In this document: piece by piece, positions 9,191 to 17,557 of the stretch
How positions within the stretch are numbered: position 1 is the stretch's first letter
How the letters are laid out: each line of letters opens with the position of its first letter
Assembly: GCA_030754475.1 (NCBI GenBank)
Contig: JASMAE010000047.1
Location: forward strand, 1-31,007
Origin: Rhodospirillales bacterium
GTDB taxonomy: Bacteria > Pseudomonadota > Alphaproteobacteria > Rhodospirillales > JASLLV01
Direction of reading: 5' to 3'
DNA: 31,007 nucleotides
Position numbers and translations under genes: made by a program
Notes under the pieces: model-generated
Seen by the model: the letters and a program-made list of their open reading frames with translations, nothing else
Told to the model about the DNA's origin: nothing
Databases searched by the model: none

Positions 9191-10614
9191 GGCCGCGCCT
9201 CCGCCCGTGATTCCATGGTCGCCGAAGGGATCACGCTATTGCTTTCTCCGGGCTCCAGCCGGCCTCTCAGGCTGTTGGCGTATGCACGGATGACGCGCAC
9301 CTCGGCAATCGTTCCGATCCTGTCTTCGCCGGCCTCGACGTGAACGGGCAGGGAATAGGGGCTTCGGCCGAGGATTTGGCCCGACCGGCGGCCGCGGCGC
9401 TCGAACAGGACCCCCACGACGGTGCCCGCGCATCGCCGATTGAAATCCATCTGCTGGTCGCCGAGGAGCTCCTGCAGCCGCATCAGGCGGGCGGCCTTCA
9501 CCCTTTCCGGCACTTGATCGGCCATCGCCGCCGCGGGCGTTCCCGGGCGCGGCGAGTACTTGAACGAATAGGCCTGGAGAAAGCCGACATCGCGGACCAG
9601 GCGCAAGGTGTCTTCGAAGTCCGCCTCGCCCTCTCCCGGAAATCCGACGATGAAGTCCGACGAGAACGCGATGTCGGGACGCGCCGCTCGCATCGCCTCG
9701 GCGATGCGCCGGTAACCGGCGGCGTCATGGCGGCGGTTCATGGCCGAGAGCACCTTATCCGAGCCCGACTGCGCGGGCAGATGAACGAACGGCATCAACT
9801 TCGCGACGTCGCGGTGGGCCGCGATCAACTCGGCGTTCATATCGGTGGGGTACGACGTGGTGTACCGGATCCGCTCCAGCCCTTCGATCGAGGCGAGTTC
9901 CGCGATCAGCCGGCCCAGCCCCCACTCCGCCGACCCCGGCCGCGAGGGTGAAAACGTGCGCGGCCGCGCGCCGTGGTAGTTGTTGACGTTCTGGCCCAAC
10001 AAGGTGAGCTCGCGCGCGCCAGCGTCGACCAGGCGCCGTGCCTCGTCGAGGACGTCGCCAGCAGGCCGCGAATACTCCGCCCCGCGCGTGTACGGCACGA
10101 CGCAAAAGCTACAGAACTTGTCGCAACCCTCCTGAACCGTCAAAAACGCGCCGACGCCCGACGCAGCGCCGAACTCCGGAAGATGGTCAAATTTGGATTC
10201 GGGCGGAAAGTCGACATCGATCGCCGGGACTGCCGAGCGGTCGAGATCGACGATCATGCGCGGCAATCGATGATAGGCCTGTGGTCCGACCACCAAGTCG
10301 ACGAACGGTGCCCGGCGCAGGATTTCCTCTCCTTCCGCCTGGGCGACGCAACCCGCGACGCCGAGGATCATGCGTCCGCCCCGATCTTTCTTCTGCGCCT
10401 TGAGACGGCGCAGCCGACCGAGTTCGGAATAGACCTTTTCGGCCGCCTTCGCGCGGATATGGCAGGTGTTGAGGATCACCACGTCGGCGTCGTCCGCGCG
10501 CTCGGTCGAGACGAATCCGAGCGGCGCAAGCGCGTCCGCCATGCGGGCGGAATCATACACGTTCATCTGGCAACCGAAGGTCTTGATATGTAGCGTTCTA
10601 GCGCCCACGGTCAC
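9187..10614 (-). CDS. miaB: tRNA-2-methylthio-N6-dimethylallyladenosine synthase MiaB
   Basis: [19 protein letters not shown], radical-SAM CDKFCSFC, C-terminal TRAM domain. Confidence 0.97.
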   Translation of the reverse strand: MTVGARTLHIKTFGCQMNVYDSARMADALAPLGFVSTERADDADVVILNTCHIRAKAAEKVYSELGRLRRLKAQKKDRGGRMILGVAGCVAQAEGEEILRRAPFVDLVVGPQAYHRLPRMIVDLDRSAVPAIDVDFPPESKFDHLPEFGAASGVGAFLTVQEGCDKFCSFCVVPYTRGAEYSRPAGDVLDEARRLVDAGARELTLLGQNVNNYHGARPRTFSPSRPGSAEWGLGRLIAELASIEGLERIRYTTSYPTDMNAELIAAHRDVAKLMPFVHLPAQSGSDKVLSAMNRRHDAAGYRRIAEAMRAARPDIAFSSDFIVGFPGEGEADFEDTLRLVRDVGFLQAYSFKYSPRPGTPAAAMADQVPERVKAARLMRLQELLGDQQMDFNRRCAGTVVGVLFERRGRRSGQILGRSPYSLPVHVEAGEDRIGTIAEVRVIRAYANSLRGRLEPGESNSVIPSATMESRAEARP

Positions 10615-11038
10615 CTTTCTTTTTCGATTTCAGTGGAACGCCGTAAAGTTCCAGGCGATGGCCGATGAGCCTGAAACCGTGGGATCGGGCCGTTTTTTCC
10701 TGAAGCGCTTCGATTTCGGGGTTCCGAAACTCGATCACGCGCCCGGTCCGGACGTCGATCAAGTGGTCGTGGTGGATATCGGGCACCGATTCGTAGCGCG
10801 AGCGTCCGTCCCCGAAGTCGTGCTTTTCCAGGATGTCGGCCTCTTCCAGAAGTCGCAGAGTCCTGTACACGGTGGCGATGCTAATCCGAGGATCGATCTG
10901 GGCGGCGCGCCGATGGACCTCGACCACGTCCGGATGGTCGCTGGCATCCGAAAGTACGTCTGCGACGAGTCGGCGCTGGGCCGTCATCTTCATGCCGTAA
11001 TCGATGCACAGTTGCTCGATACGGGAGCGTTGGGACAT
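10598..11038 (-). CDS. fur: Fur/Mur-family metal-uptake regulator
   Basis: [40 protein letters not shown]; no CxxC, as in alphaproteobacterial Fur/Mur. Start moved to ATG 11038. Confidence 0.92.
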   Translation of the reverse strand: MSQRSRIEQLCIDYGMKMTAQRRLVADVLSDASDHPDVVEVHRRAAQIDPRISIATVYRTLRLLEEADILEKHDFGDGRSRYESVPDIHHDHLIDVRTGRVIEFRNPEIEALQEKTARSHGFRLIGHRLELYGVPLKSKKKGDRGR

Positions 11039-11108
11039 CGGATCGTCCGGAGGGCCGTTGCGCCGAATGTGGTGTCGCGGCAATGTTACCGGAACCGCCG
11101 CCCGGCGA

Positions 11109-11531
11109 TCAATTGACCCGGCCGCGACGGCGCCTGGGTTTTGTTCCGAGTCCGATCTTTTTGGCGAGATTGCTGCGGTGCTTGGCGTAGTTCGGCGCCA
11201 CCATCGGATAATCGGGCGCCAGCCCCCACCGCACGCGGTATTCGTCGGGCGTCATGTCGTACGCGGTTTTCAGGTGGCGCTTGAGCATTTTGAGTTTCTT
11301 GCCGTCTTCGAGGCAGATGATGAAATCGGGGGTCACCGACTTCTTGATCGCTATCGCTGGCTGTGGCCGCTCGGGCACGAGTGGCCCCGCTCCGACCTGG
11401 GCCAAGGATCGGTATACTTCCTGGATCAGTTGGGGCAAATCGTTGACGGCGACGCTGTTGTTGCCAACATGGGCGGAGACGATTTCAGTCGTCAACTCCA
11501 GCAACTCTGTCGAATCCGGGGTCTCAGCCAT
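11109..11531 (-). CDS. mucR: Ros/MucR-family regulator
   Basis: LTTEIVSAHVGNN, PQPAIAIKKSVTPDFIICLEDGKKLKMLKRHL, YRVRWGL, YPMVAPNY. Confidence 0.95.
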   Translation of the reverse strand: MAETPDSTELLELTTEIVSAHVGNNSVAVNDLPQLIQEVYRSLAQVGAGPLVPERPQPAIAIKKSVTPDFIICLEDGKKLKMLKRHLKTAYDMTPDEYRVRWGLAPDYPMVAPNYAKHRSNLAKKIGLGTKPRRRRGRVN

Positions 11532-11564
11532 TTAAATGTATTCCTCTCTTTCGGGGTTTTTACT

Positions 11565-11593
11565 AACATATTTGGATTCGCAGGTCCGCGCAA
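11565..11593 (-). promoter_or_regulatory. Candidate sigma70 promoter of mucR
   Basis: TTGCGC (11593-11588), 17 nt, TATGTT (11570-11565); GAGAGGA RBS downstream. Confidence 0.45.
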
Positions 11594-11602
11594 GAAACTA
11601 TC

Positions 11603-11884
11603 ATGAACAATTCCTCGATCGAAGATGTCGACGAGCCCGTTGACTACAGGCTCGACATCACCGCGGACGTCTGCCCCCTTACGTTCGTCAAGACGAAACT
11701 TCTAATCGAGCGCATGAAGCCGGGCGAGATTGCGGAAGTGATCCTGACGGGCGCCGAACCCTTGGAAAACGTGCCCCGGTCGGTGGTGGAACACGGTCAC
11801 ACGGTTCTGGGCCGTTCGCCCGTTGCGTCGGGGAAGGGATCGGACGCCGTCTACCGTCTCGTGATCCGAAAGGAAAAGGCCTGA
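11603..11884 (+). CDS. TusA/SirA-family sulfur-carrier protein
   Basis: LDITADVCPLTFVKTKLLIERMKPGEIAEV ... EPLENVPRSVVEHGH: 93 aa with the TusA-type CPx(P/T) motif. Confidence 0.88.
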   Translation: MNNSSIEDVDEPVDYRLDITADVCPLTFVKTKLLIERMKPGEIAEVILTGAEPLENVPRSVVEHGHTVLGRSPVASGKGSDAVYRLVIRKEKA

Positions 11885-12176
11885 TCCGGGGTTCTCGCCC
11901 AAGAGGCCGGGTTCCGGCCGACCCCGCCATATCCGAGGCGCGCTAAGAGCGATCGGGTGGCGTCGTTTTCGACCGCGCCGTTCCAGCCCCCTTCGATGGC
12001 GAACCCGCCCGAACGTACCCGGCTCGGCAAGCACCGCGCGAAGCAACCGCACGCTCCCGCCCAATCGTGAAAGAAGCGACGTCGCGCTTCGCCAGCGCGG
12101 TCGCTTCGCCGATCGTGCGGTGAACGATCCGGCACCCGTCCGTTGTTCGCGCGTCGGTGAAACGGGGTCGCGCCAT
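11885..12176 (-). pseudogene. rimI: Decayed rimI (ribosomal-protein N-acetyltransferase, GNAT) relic
   Basis: ATG 12176 overlaps the tsaB stop (TAATG). RimI-like fragments in three frames: EATALAKRDVASF; LLRAVLAEPGTFGRV-RHRRGLER; AVENDATRSLLARLGYGGVGRNPASWAR (compare a family-like pattern AVDNEAARALYARLGFEEVGRRPGYYAR). About 290 nt against roughly 450 nt for a typical rimI. Confidence 0.68.
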
Positions 12177-12871
12177 TACCGCCGCCGCGTGGAACCGGAA
12201 CGCGTCGTCCCCGGCGGGCGCAAGTAAAGCGGGTCCGGCGCGCGCGCGCGCGCGCCGTGACGCATGCCCGTGGCCGCGATTTGCGCCACATGGATCGCAT
12301 CCGCGACGAAGGCGTGCTCGCACAACCGCGCCCGAACGCCCGCTGCGGCAAGCGCTTCCACCCCGTCGCGCGCCCCATCGCCGGCAACGACGACCTCGCC
12401 TTCGCAAACAAGCTCCGCAAGCTGGTTTCGCTCGGCGACGCAAGGATCGCAGACGGGTTTGCGTTCGCGCGAGAACGTTTGTGCGTAGTATCCCTTGCTC
12501 TTGGTCGCAAGGACGACGAGCAGGCTGGCGTCGCCGAGTTCGTCGTCGCCGACGGCACGGACGATCGCCTCGAACGTCGTCACGCCGACGACCGGAATAT
12601 TGGCGGCCATCGCCATGCCCTTGGCGGCGGCGAGACCGATGCGGATACCCGTAAACGTGCCGGGACCGTTGGTGACCGCGATCAGATCGAGATCCCGGAA
12701 CGCGCGTCGCGCCGCTTCCAGGACCTCGCGCACCATCGGCATCAAGGCCTCGGCGTGGCCACGTTCCATAATCGCGCGGCGGCTCGCCAGCACGCGGTCA
12801 CCTTCGCACAAAGCGACCGAGCAGGCCGACATCGCCGTATCCAGGCCCAGCACCCGCGGCGGTGGCGCCAT
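12176..12871 (-). CDS. tsaB: tRNA t6A37 biosynthesis protein TsaB (YeaZ)
   Basis: VLGLDTAMSACSVAL, GHAEALMPMV, GPGTFTGIRIGLAAAKG, PLYLRPP. ATG 12871 has a GAGGAGG RBS. Confidence 0.96.
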   Translation of the reverse strand: MAPPPRVLGLDTAMSACSVALCEGDRVLASRRAIMERGHAEALMPMVREVLEAARRAFRDLDLIAVTNGPGTFTGIRIGLAAAKGMAMAANIPVVGVTTFEAIVRAVGDDELGDASLLVVLATKSKGYYAQTFSRERKPVCDPCVAERNQLAELVCEGEVVVAGDGARDGVEALAAAGVRARLCEHAFVADAIHVAQIAATGMRHGARARAPDPLYLRPPGTTRSGSTRRR

Positions 12872-13000
12872 CGTCAAACCCTCCTCGCGTCGCATCTAAG
12901 CGTGAGGCGCGCTTCGCGGGCCATCGGCTCCGGTGTACCGGAATGAGTCCGTGCCCGTCCGATTTCGCGGAAGGCGTTCGCAACCCGACACGGCGACGGG

Positions 13001-13028
13001 ACTGCGGACAATCCGGAAATCCGGCCGC
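13001..13028. repeat. Degenerate single-arm remnant of the CTAG repeat family (copy D)
   Basis: GCGGACAATCCG (13004-13015) is identical to positions 4-15 of copy A's lnt-proximal arm, and TCC/GG fall at the same offsets (12-14, 23-24). No second arm found. Confidence 0.4.
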
Positions 13029-13040
13029 GGATGGAGACGT

Positions 13041-13817
13041 TCAAAAATGGTAGGCAAAACCGAGGCTTGTGGAGAACTGGAGCTCGGTGCCCGCCTGATC
13101 GACGAGCGGGCTGTCGGCGGCGTCGCCGAGCAGGTAGCCGGCCCGGGCCAGGGCGACGATGCTCCAGTTTCGGGACAGCTCGTAGGCGACGTCGAGGTCG
13201 AAGGCCACATCCTTGAAGCCCGCGCTCGGGGCGAACTCGGCGAGCCCGCTCGTGGCCGCCTCTTTGGAGTTGATCCCGAAATAGGTCTTCATCTCGTTGT
13301 CGTTGTACCAACTCGCGTTGGGCCGGAGAACGATGCGCCAATCGCCGTTGATCCGGGTCCCGTAGGCGACTCCGAAGTTGATCTGCAGGCCCTCGGCGTC
13401 ACCCGAGAGCGACTGGAGCGCCCGGGCGTCGAATCGCCAGTGGTCGAACGCGAATTCGGCGACGGCACCCCCTTGAATTCCGAAATCGACCTCATCGACC
13501 CCGGTCGGCGTGTCGCTGTTCCCGAGGTAGTACGTGAGTACGGGGCCAACGCGGAAATTGCGGGTTTTGAAGGCGTTCCAGCCCAGCCCCTCGGCGGAGC
13601 TGAGAAAGACGATGTCCTTGTAGCGAACATCGACCACGGGAAACGGCAGGATCCCGAATTCGTCCGATCCGTCGTAGGGCGGTTGAACCGTCGCGCCGGC
13701 GCCGAGGGTGACCGACCAGTCACCGCTGCCGCGTTTCGGGGACCACAGCTCCTGCGCTGTCGCCGGGGCCGCGATTCCGAATACTAGCGCGATCGCGATA
13801 AGGTTCCTTTCAATCAT
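13041..13817 (-). CDS. MipA/OmpV-family outer-membrane beta-barrel protein
   Basis: Signal peptide MIERNLIAIALVFGIAAPATA, LGAGATVQPPYDGSDEFGILPFP, MKTYFGI, LLGDAADSPLV, C-terminal aromatic YHF. Start moved to ATG 13817. Confidence 0.88.
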   Translation of the reverse strand: MIERNLIAIALVFGIAAPATAQELWSPKRGSGDWSVTLGAGATVQPPYDGSDEFGILPFPVVDVRYKDIVFLSSAEGLGWNAFKTRNFRVGPVLTYYLGNSDTPTGVDEVDFGIQGGAVAEFAFDHWRFDARALQSLSGDAEGLQINFGVAYGTRINGDWRIVLRPNASWYNDNEMKTYFGINSKEAATSGLAEFAPSAGFKDVAFDLDVAYELSRNWSIVALARAGYLLGDAADSPLVDQAGTELQFSTSLGFAYHF

Positions 13818-14045
13818 ATTCGGGGTTCCCCTCAAGGGTACCAAGAAACCGATTCTGTTTCTTCGTCGAACCTTTGCGACGCTCGTCGCGGCGCGGCCGC
13901 GGCGGATACGTGAACCGACGCGAGCCTATACGACGGCCTCGGCCAAAGAAATAACCCGCATTGCGCTCGGCGCACAACAACCCTCGGGAGACGGGACCGA
14001 ACGAATGGGCCCCAGTGTCCGCGACGGTGTGATAATCTCGTCCCC

Positions 14046-15104
14046 ATGACCGCCGCCCCACCTGTGGAGTCCAACGGTTTCACGAAGCGGTTCGCAATGG
14101 TGCTCGGCGGACTGCTCGTCGTCGCGAATCTGGCCGCCCAACCGGCCGCGCGAGCGGCCGATTCGGCGGTGGTCTTGATGTACCATCGCTTCGGCGAATC
14201 GCAGCATCCGTCCACGAACGTCACCTTCGAACAGTTCGAATCCCATCTCGGTGAACTTGGCGACGGCGCGTACGCGGTGCTTCCGGTCGCCGAGATCGTG
14301 ACCGCCCTCAGAGAAGGTCGCGCGCTTCCCGACCGCACCGTGGGGCTTTCCGTCGACGACGCCTTTCTGTCCGTCTATCGGATGGCGTGGCCGCGCCTGC
14401 GCGACGCGGGGTATCCGTTCACCCTTTTCGTCGCCACCGACGCGGTTGACCGGAGACTTGGCGGATACATGAACTGGGACCAGATCCGCGAGTTCGCCCG
14501 CACCGGCGTCACAATAGGCAGCCAGACGGCGTCGCACCTGCATATGGCCGACGCCGATGGCGATCGTAACCGGCGCGATATCGAACGATCGAACCGGCGC
14601 TTCGTTGAAGAGTTGGGACAGGCGCCGGCGTTGTTCGCGTACCCATACGGGGAAGCCAGCCTGGCGGCCGAGGAATTGATCCGCGATTCGGGCTTCGTCG
14701 CCGCCTTCGGTCAGCATTCCGGCGTCCTGGGAAGCAGCGACAATCCATTCTTTCTCCCCCGGTTCGCCATGAACGAAACCTACGGCGGCATCGAGCGGTT
14801 CCGGCTTGCGGTCAACGCGCTGGCGCTCCCGGTCGCCGAGATCACGCCGGAGGACCCCCTGATCGGGGCGCCGAACCCACCGCCCATCGGATTTACGGTC
14901 GTCAAGTCATTGAACGGGCTGGACCAGCTCGCGTGCTACGCATCGCACGAAGGACGGACCCGACTCGAAAGGCTGGGATCGACCCGTTTCGAGGTCCGCC
15001 TGCAAACGCCGTTGCCCGCCGGCAGAACGCGTCTCAACTGCACCTTGCCGACCGACTCGGGACGGTGGCGCTGGTTCGGCCGCCTGTTTTACGTGGCGCC
15101 CTGA
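14046..15104 (+). CDS. Exported CE4/NodB-type polysaccharide deacetylase with a C-terminal extra domain
   Basis: Signal peptide ending AARA; VLMYHRFG, SVDDAF, PFTLFVAT, GSQTASH, FAYPYG, LPRFAMNE. Confidence 0.88.
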   Translation: MTAAPPVESNGFTKRFAMVLGGLLVVANLAAQPAARAADSAVVLMYHRFGESQHPSTNVTFEQFESHLGELGDGAYAVLPVAEIVTALREGRALPDRTVGLSVDDAFLSVYRMAWPRLRDAGYPFTLFVATDAVDRRLGGYMNWDQIREFARTGVTIGSQTASHLHMADADGDRNRRDIERSNRRFVEELGQAPALFAYPYGEASLAAEELIRDSGFVAAFGQHSGVLGSSDNPFFLPRFAMNETYGGIERFRLAVNALALPVAEITPEDPLIGAPNPPPIGFTVVKSLNGLDQLACYASHEGRTRLERLGSTRFEVRLQTPLPAGRTRLNCTLPTDSGRWRWFGRLFYVAP

Positions 15105-15113
15105 CGACGTGTG

Positions 15114-15218
15114 CTGGATCGTTTTCCACGTACGTAGAATCGCACCGGCCGACTAACGGGATAAAGCGCTGGAGCGGATCGCTGAAAAGCGATTCGGACC
15201 GACCACGATCTGGTCTAG
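15114..15218 (+). repeat. CTAG-type intergenic repeat, copy C (105 bp, mosaic)
   Basis: First 34 nt match copy A's arm at 25/34 without gaps; ends in GGTCTAG. GAATC at 15137-15141 and GATTC at 15191-15195 each lie 24 nt from an end. Sits between convergent genes. Confidence 0.75.
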
Positions 15219-15269
15219 GCGCCGGTGACGGTGACGAAGTCGGCGGATCGTTCGGGGCGCCGCGATGCG

Positions 15270-16250
15270 TCAAATCGGCGGTTCGACCGCGTTTTCGTGC
15301 AGGCGCGCGTCGTCGAGTCGGCTCAAGTCGTTGGCGAGAATGATCGTCCGGATCGAGCGCACGTAGTCCTCTCTGCGCTCGGAGTAACGGATCATCGTCG
15401 AGGCGAGCGCAAGTCCGTCCAATGGACGCCCGTCGGCCCGCGCAGTCGCGCGGGCGCGCCGAAATCGGCCGTAGGCGCCATGGGTGTTGAGGTTGTCCGC
15501 ATACGCCCGAACCGAATTGAGAAGGCTGTCGAACGCCTTGATTTTATGGTTCTTTCCGGCGTCGCGGCGGCGCGGAACCTGGTGGCCGTCGGCACCGAAC
15601 ACCCATTGGCCGAACAGTGCGTTGCCTTCGCGCACGAACCGCGATGTTCCCCAGCCGCTTTCCTCGGCTGACTGGGCCAGCGCGAGGGACGGCGGAATGA
15701 TATCCACCCGCGCGAGCAGGGTATCGAGATCGTCGCGCGCGACCCCGTAGCGTTTCGCAAGCACCGCGAGCCACAAGTGATCGAGCCCGTCGAGCCGATT
15801 GCCCATGGCGATACGGTGGCGCAAGGACCAAAGTCGGCGCCGATCCGAAAGGATCTCCTCGTTGACCTGAAGGATCAACGGCAGAACCGACTTGAAAAAA
15901 ACAGACTTGCGGACCTCGACGGGGGCGATCTCAGCCATGTCAGGCGGGATGCTGCCGAGGAACACGCGCGGCACGCGGACATCGCCGGCAACCACGGAAT
16001 CCAGGTCGTAGCCGATTCCCGTGAACGAATCGTTGGGCTTGGTCGCCGTCGAAAAAACGAAAAGACCCTCCTCAGCCGAGCGCACCCTCGGCCTCGTGAG
16101 CGGCGGCGGCAAGGGAATCGTCGGCGGCAGCATCAGTGTCGCTTTCGGCGAAACCGTCGCGGACGCGGGCGGTTGCACGGCGGCAGCCGCGACGATAACG
16201 GCCACCAGCGCGCAGACGACGCCGAGCGCGCCTTTTTCGTACATCGTCAT
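15270..16250 (-). CDS. Bax-like GH73 mannosyl-glycoprotein endo-beta-N-acetylglucosaminidase family protein
   Basis: N-terminal hydrophobic anchor; RKSVFFKSVLPLI, RVDIIPPSLALAQSAEESGWGTSRF, GNALFGQW, NLNTHGAY, YSER. Start moved to ATG 16250. Confidence 0.88.
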   Translation of the reverse strand: MTMYEKGALGVVCALVAVIVAAAAVQPPASATVSPKATLMLPPTIPLPPPLTRPRVRSAEEGLFVFSTATKPNDSFTGIGYDLDSVVAGDVRVPRVFLGSIPPDMAEIAPVEVRKSVFFKSVLPLILQVNEEILSDRRRLWSLRHRIAMGNRLDGLDHLWLAVLAKRYGVARDDLDTLLARVDIIPPSLALAQSAEESGWGTSRFVREGNALFGQWVFGADGHQVPRRRDAGKNHKIKAFDSLLNSVRAYADNLNTHGAYGRFRRARATARADGRPLDGLALASTMIRYSERREDYVRSIRTIILANDLSRLDDARLHENAVEPPI

Positions 16251-16481
16251 CTTGTGGGCGTCGCCGTGACCGGTCCGATGCACCCGGGCCCTCGACTGTG
16301 GGTACGCAAGCAGAAGCCTCTCTTTTTACCGTCGATCGAAGAGCTGAAACACTCTCCGATGATGCCATCAATGCGGAGTCTTCGGCCAGCTTGAACGATG
16401 CAATTCTATAGGGGAGCGGTAGCGGAAAGGCCAGCCATTTTTGTTTGCCGCCCGGGACCGGTCCGCCGCTCGCACGGCACT

Positions 16482-17480
16482 TCAGGGACGCAGAAACCCG
16501 ACGATTTCGAAAACGGCGTCGAGAACCGGCGCGGCCAGGGCGCGGGCGCGTTCGACGCCGTCGCGCAGCACCGCGTCCACGTGATCCGGCTCGGCGGTCA
16601 AGCGGCGCATCTCGTCCTGGATCGGACCCAAGACGGAAACGGCGAGGTCAGCAAGTTGCTGTTTGAATGTGGAGAATTGCTCGCCCCCGTACCGCTTGCA
16701 GACGTCTTCGACGGAGGTGTCGGAAAGGCCCGCGAAGAGTCCCATCAGATTGCCCGCCTCGGGCCGCTCGGCGAACTCGTCCGGTGCCTCCGGCATGGGA
16801 TGGGGATCCGTTCGCGCCCTGCGAATCTTGAGCGCGATGGCGTCGGCGTCATCCGTCATGTTGATGCGCGAATACTCGGACGCATCCGACTTGCTCATTT
16901 TTTGCGAGCCGTCGCGGAGCGACATCACCCGGGTCGCCTCGCCCATAATCAGCGGCTCGATCAGGGGAAAGAAGTCGACGCCGAAGTCACTGTTGAACTT
17001 CTGAGCGATGTCGCGAGACAACTCCAGGTGTTGTTTCTGGTCCTCGCCGACCGGAACGTGCGTCGCCTTGTAGAGCAAGATGTCGGCGGCCATCAGGTTG
17101 GGATAGACGTAAAGGCCCGACGACGCGTTCTCGCGCTGTTTTCCCGCCTTCTCCTTGAACTGGGTCATGCGATTGAGCCAACCGAGCCGGGTGACACAGT
17201 TGAAGATCCACGCGAGCTGGGCGTGGCCGGACACCTGGCTTTGATTGAAGATGACGGTGCGCTTGGGATCGAGACCGGCGGCCAACAGCCCCGCCGTCAC
17301 CTCGCGGGTGTTCCGGCGAAGCTCATCGGGCGCCTGCCACACCGTAATTGCGTGCAGATCGACGAGGCAGAACAGGCACTCGTACTCTTCCTGCAGCCGC
17401 ACCCAGTTTCGGATCGCGCCAAGGTAGTTTCCGAGATGAAGGTTCCCGGTGGGCTGAACGCCCGAGAAGATTCGGCTCAT
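16482..17480 (-). CDS. trpS: Tryptophanyl-tRNA synthetase
   Basis: [18 protein letters not shown] (HIGH-like), [24 protein letters not shown]. Confidence 0.98.
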   Translation of the reverse strand: MSRIFSGVQPTGNLHLGNYLGAIRNWVRLQEEYECLFCLVDLHAITVWQAPDELRRNTREVTAGLLAAGLDPKRTVIFNQSQVSGHAQLAWIFNCVTRLGWLNRMTQFKEKAGKQRENASSGLYVYPNLMAADILLYKATHVPVGEDQKQHLELSRDIAQKFNSDFGVDFFPLIEPLIMGEATRVMSLRDGSQKMSKSDASEYSRINMTDDADAIALKIRRARTDPHPMPEAPDEFAERPEAGNLMGLFAGLSDTSVEDVCKRYGGEQFSTFKQQLADLAVSVLGPIQDEMRRLTAEPDHVDAVLRDGVERARALAAPVLDAVFEIVGFLRP

Positions 17481-17557
17481 GATCGGATCCGTCGCGTCCG
17501 CCGATGTTCAGGATTCGCGAAAGGCGGGCGCTTTATCACCCTTCGTGCCGGCAAGCG

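Noticed and set aside
11943-12443. 166-aa minus-strand ORF (and the overlapping 235-aa and 120-aa ORFs) as real genes
   Set aside because: Mostly overlap tsaB or the TusA-family gene; their only meaningful segments are the rimI fragments reported as a pseudogene.
12929-12949. TCCGG-TGTA-CCGGA palindrome followed by GAGTC, similar in geometry to a repeat arm
   Set aside because: No CTAG-like end at the expected offset and the GANTC is out of register; cannot be separated from chance.
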